From the NCBI GenBank assembly GCA_964016885.1, contig OZ024763.1, forward strand, positions 25,978,001 to 26,042,000: a stretch of DNA of 64,000 bases. Reading direction: 5' to 3'. The notes beneath the pieces were generated by a model, which was given only the letters and a program-made list of their open reading frames with translations, was not told the DNA's origin and did not search any database. The stretch is from Eledone cirrhosa. Its lineage: Eukaryota. Shown in pieces: positions 58,790 through 64,000 of this stretch (positions are counted from its first letter, which is position 1; each line of letters begins with the position of its first letter). The translations under genes and the position numbers were made by a program.

Positions 58790-60200
58790 TAGTTATGTCC
58801 AAGCCAGTTGATACAATTCTAAGTTAGTTGATATATTTTGAAGTATTGCGAGATTTACTGAGTTCTTTTCTTATTGCCATAGCAAGTTCAAATTCACTAC
58901 AATGCTTTCTGCTCACTTTTACTCATCATCACAAATATTTCAATCTATTCATTCGTTCTTCATCTGTCATATCTTTTTATCATCATTTACTGTTGTGTCG
59001 TCTACTCCATCATTTAAACTATTCCATTCACTAATATCTCTTTGAGAAATATATATTTTCTGATGTCTTTAGAGCATTGTATCTTATAAACAGTATAATG
59101 GTGTCCTCTTCTTACATTTTCTTCTGTAATTTCAAATCCTTTCATTATCTTAAATATTTCTATCATGTCTCCCCTTAGCTTTATCTCCTCCAAAGTCGTA
59201 ATTCCTAGCTTTTTACATCTTTCTTCTCAAGAATTCTGGTATTTCATGCTTTTTTCTTCTCTGGATTCCTTCAATAGTTTCTCTCTCCTTTCGGAAGACG
59301 GGTGACCATACCTGCAAATAATATTCTAAGTAGTATCACACATATCATTTATCTAGAGTTTTAATATTTCTGTATTTAGGTAGGTAAAGTAATATTTCAT
59401 CATTCCTATAATCCGACTTGGTGTTGTGGTTTTTTCCTGTGAGATGGTTAGCTACCTTTAAATTCAAATTGATACATATTCCACATTTGTTGGGGGTGGG
59501 TGAAACAAAAAAAACACAATTTTACATCAATATTCGATGTTAAAACATGCTGGCGTCTTATACGTTCAAGATACAAATATGATAATTAAAGTATATACTA
59601 GCCATGTATATGTATCTCCCTATTTTTAACTCTTCCTCAAAACATATTTTCTTCAAAATGTATTCCGAAAAATCCTGTATGAGGTCTCTGTAAGTGTTCG
59701 ATTTTCAATAGATTGTATTGCCGTTGAAGATGCAATCATTTCTCCTTCTTATCAATAAACAATTTGTCATACAATTGTTGCTTCGTCCATTTTAAGTTTA
59801 GCTTCACAAACTATCGTTAATTCAAGATTTTGCTCTAATATAATAAATTATACTTTTAAAAGACTGACATTCTCACATTCATTCTTTATCTTCTATATTG
59901 TTATCTAATGAATAAAACAATGTATGTGAGATGTAGAAATAACACGACCTTCTTTCACCGCTGCAGATAGCAAACTGGCAGTGTGTTTAGCTGACAACGG
60001 TGAACATTACGTGCTTAGTGTTAAATCCCAACAAAGTACCATTTATATACCGTGTTAACTGGAAAGACGGACCAAATAAGGATACAATCTTCTCTCCTTA
60101 TCAATATTCTCCGAGATTGAGGACCTTGGTCCCTGAATAAGCAGTGAGATAAAGTGACAGGGTTGAATCTCTATCAAGAATTACAGTAGGTTATTTTTAA
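58790..60200 (-). mobile_element. Degenerate CR1 fragment (duplicate)
   Basis: Collinear with 26909-28165 and 30312-31640. Confidence 0.75.
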
Positions 60201-60570
60201 CGAAGGACATCAATAAATTTAATAGTGAGGTATGACAGTTGAAGAAGGCCACTGCAGATTATCGGGTTGTAGGATGAAATGAACCTTAGAGAAAGTAAGT
60301 GAAGATATATTTTCTGAAATTGCCAGAAGAATAAAAATCCAATGTCGACCCTTTTGAAGTATTGATAATGCTGAGAAAGGCATGAATGCCACAACATCTG
60401 TTATGCTTGGAAATACAAGGTAGGTTTCTGAAAGCTCCAGAGGAATAAAATACAAGGTCGGTCGTTGGTAGTGCGAATAACATGGAAAAAGACATGAAGG
60501 CCACCACATCAAGTTTGCTTGGATATAGAAAAGTAGCTTTATAAATATAAATTTTCATAGTACTTTTGTG

Positions 60571-60659
60571 GCAGTCTCTGTGGGCTAATGGTATGTATTA
60601 GAGACGGTGAAGATCCTGGTCAGGTGAAGATCTCTGCCAGGAGCTACACTAACGTTTTT
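60571..60659 (+). ncRNA. Putative Pol III RNA unit 14 (B box overwritten)
   Basis: Paralog of unit 5, but tagggttcaatctcg is replaced by aggtgaagatctct. Confidence 0.35.
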
Positions 60660-60680
60660 CATTTTACTAGAGATAAAATT

Positions 60681-60790
60681 AAAAACTTTTGAATTTTTTC
60701 ATTAAGACCCCTCTAGTCCTGGCCAAGATTGAACCCGAGACCAGGATCTTCACCGTCTCTCATACCTTCCACCAGGCCACCGAAACTTGC
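60681..60790 (-). ncRNA. Putative Pol III two-hairpin small RNA, unit 15
   Basis: Body matches unit 6; TATA region altered. Confidence 0.45.
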
Positions 60791-62469
60791 TACAAAAATT
60801 GATGGAAAATTTTTATTTTAAAACCTACTTTACTATTTTCAAGTAAAATTGATGTGGTGGCGTTCATGCCTTACTCAATGTTATAAATACTAAAAAGGGT
60901 CGACTCTGTCTTTCATTCTCCTGGGTCTTTCATAAATTAAATCTTCAATATGTTTCTTATCGCTCTACGGTTGATTTGAACCTACAATGTCCCCGTCTAC
61001 AATAATATTTACTAACTTTAAATCTATCATACCTGGTTTGTGTGTGTGAAATATTCCCACCTCGTACAATACGCCCGTAAATTGTTAAACCTGATTTCTA
61101 TATAGATAATATATGTAGCAGTGTAAGATCTGAACCTACAATGATATGTTTTGCAGTAATTTTACACAATTTCAACTAAATAGCGATATGTATATGTTTT
61201 TCGTTTCTTAAAAATAAAAGAAATTCTATATCCCCAGCTAAATATTGAACTCCTGACAGCACTACAAACTACATTAAATACTTAACTCACACGACTTTGT
61301 AACTAAATGATAAAATAATAACACCTCAATTTTTAAATGATATTACTTCACCTTGTGTTCTCATCTCGGTGAAAATCTGGCCCTGATTAATTTAACATTT
61401 TTATTTTTGGATAGATAAAGTATAGTACCAGTCACATAGTGGGATCAATTTAATCGATCGAATTCTCCCCGTAAATTTCTGACTTTTGCCTCAGTTACAA
61501 ACAAAGAGAGTTTATCTATGTGTGTATATATATATATATATTAGTTAAAGTATGTGTTAGCAATAAATAAATGAAAAAAATTAAATAATGATAGTAAGAC
61601 ATTTTTATTCAGATTTTCAATACATTAACTGTCCAGTGTAGCCTTTTGTTTTTGTTTCTGCTTATATTCTATTGCAAATGGCGGCTACGGCGAAACTGGA
61701 TTACCAAGGTTTATTGGATGTTGTCTTTTGCTTTGTGGATTACTTTACAAACTGGAGACATCAGGATATCTACCGCAATACCCGAGATAAACATAAGGTG
61801 CGTCTTTTACGCAATATTTCGTTTTAAAGACATGTTCGACTTGATCAAATTTGACCTATCTATGAGACAGAGATGCTATTTCAAAACAAACCACACAGAC
61901 CAACCACGAATAATCTAACATTAGTTTTTCAAAAGATAATCCATCTTTAAAGAGAGACAAATATTTAAAAATTGACGTTCAAAGGAACACTTGATGGCAG
62001 AAAGAATCTCAGCCGCAATTTAATGTCTGAAGTTAGACATTTTTCACGACATAAATATAGTTTAATGCCCCTCCTCTCACATCTGACTCGTTTTCTTAAA
62101 ACTTACTTCGAATAATACATATTTTATAGACATATACTTTCGAAGGTAAACATTATGTTTTTGTGTTGTTTTGTAATTTTTCAAGTAATTCGTAGTTTTA
62201 GAAATGACATTATTCTGATTGATATACTTTATCAACATGAGATTGGAAGACAGGCATAATTAACGAATTTTCAAGTTTATATTTTGCCGACTACAAACAC
62301 AGGACGAAAGTTTTTAGTACACGAAATCTTTAACGAACTTAACTACATACAATAATGAAAGTATCACCGACATTATCGTAATCTACATCATGGAAGACGG
62401 ATCTCTGTATATTTTCATGTAAAATATATTCACCGTTAACAAATTCATGGAGTGACGACTAAACTGTAG

Positions 62470-63770
62470 TTATGTCCAAGCCAGTTGATACCATTCTAAG
62501 TTAGTTGATATATTTTGAAGCGTTGCGAGATTTACTGAGTTCTTTTCTTATTGCCATAGCAAGATCAAATTCACTACAATGCTTTCTGCTCACTTTTACT
62601 CAGCATCACAAATATTTCAATCTATTCATTCGTTCTTCATCTGTCATATCTTTTTATAATCATTTACTCCATCATTTAAACTATTCCATTCACTAATATC
62701 TCTTCTGATGTCTTTAGAGCATGGTATCCTCTTCTTAGATTTACATTTTCTTCCGTAATTTCAAGTCCTTCCATCATCTTAAATATTTCTATCATGTCTC
62801 CCCTTTGTTTTATCCCCTCCCAAGTTGTAATTCCTAAGTTTTTACATATTTATTCTCAAGACAGATTTCTTAATTCTTTTGTTTTATTTTTTGTTCTTCT
62901 CTGGATTCTTTCAATATTTTCTGTCGTGCGTCCATGTCCCTACGGAATACTCTACGTGGTGTCGCTCATATCATTCATCGATAATTTAAAATTTGTTTGC
63001 ATTTAGCTAGGTAAATTATTATTCCTATCGTCTCACTTGCTACTTTTTGCCTTTAACATGGTTAGCCACATTTCAATTAAAACATACATATTCGAAATAT
63101 ATTTTTTGTGGGGTGGGGAATAAGAGGTACTTTTCTACCCGAAAAAAAAAAATAAAAATAAAAAACGGTGTACCCCCCCCCGAAAAAAAAACAAAAAACA
63201 ACCGTCTGCCCTTTGCCTTAAAGGTACGAATATAATAAACACTATACATAGATACACACACTCCATGAACAAGGATAGCTGCATATTTACACTTCCCCCA
63301 ATCATTTTGTCTTGAAAATAAACATGTCTTAAAATCTATGTGTGTTCCATTTCAATTAATTTCTTATTTCGTGTTTCTGTACATTTGTTCTTAAAACTAA
63401 GGGGGTCTTACATCCCCCAAAATATTGTAAGATGTCTCCTTTCAGTACAATGTATTGCCGTTGAATTTGTTAATGAAATAAAATTTCCTTTTCAAAGATT
63501 GACATTCTCAATTTAATTCTTTCTCTTGGGTATTGTTCTCTAATGGATAACATATGTATGTTGTTCATTAGAGGTAGAAATAACACGACCTTCCTTCATC
63601 GCTGCACAGATCTAACTGGCAGTGTGTTTAGCATGAGTGGTGGTGAACATCAGGTGTGAAGTCAGAACAAACTGCCTTTTATATAGGGTGTTAATTGGAA
63701 AGACTAAACAGTGAGATAAAGTGACGAGGTTCAATCTCGACCAAGAATTACACAAGGTTATTTTAAACCA
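62470..63770 (-). mobile_element. Degenerate CR1 fragment (duplicate of 33970-35130)
   Basis: Collinear sequence identity with the 34-35 kb region. Confidence 0.7.
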
Positions 63771-64000
63771 GAAATTATTATGTCGTTGTTGTTGCTGTAA
63801 ATGTGTAGTCAGGGTTTCAATCCTTAGCAGGGTTTGTAGAGTTACATTTATGTAATTATTAACAAATAAAAACAGATTTATATAGCGATGTTGTACGTTC
63901 AAATAAAACACACACACACATATATATATAAATATTTATATATTATATCGTTTCTAATTTTGGCACAAGGCCAACAATTATCCCAGTGTATTACTGGTAC

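Larger units (their letters stand above)
60228..61034. repeat. Long imperfect palindrome, copy similar to 3 and 4
   Basis: aggtatgacagttg ... ctatcatacct. Confidence 0.85.

Overview
AT-rich, repeat-dense animal genomic DNA. The SINE/LINE repertoire and very long (TA)n tracts suggest an octopod or other coleoid cephalopod (inference only). No confidently identifiable host protein-coding gene; the long ORFs in the track are translations of simple repeats or LINE remnants. Content: tRNA-derived SINEs, RTE/CR1/L1-like LINE fragments, piggyBac- and Tc2-like MITEs, foldback elements, Penelope-like hammerhead motifs, a 5-kb (TA)n array, a 5-kb polypurine satellite, and a segmental-duplication mosaic spanning about 10.9-64 kb. 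The recurring core of that mosaic is an ~800-bp imperfect palindrome. Each arm looks like a small RNA polymerase III gene: an upstream motif at about -78/-61, a TATA box at -31, internal A and B boxes, two hairpins with compensatory and G:U changes, and a T-run terminator. I count 15 such units, mostly as convergent pairs. This candidate non-coding RNA gene family is the main finding. Expression and function are untested.
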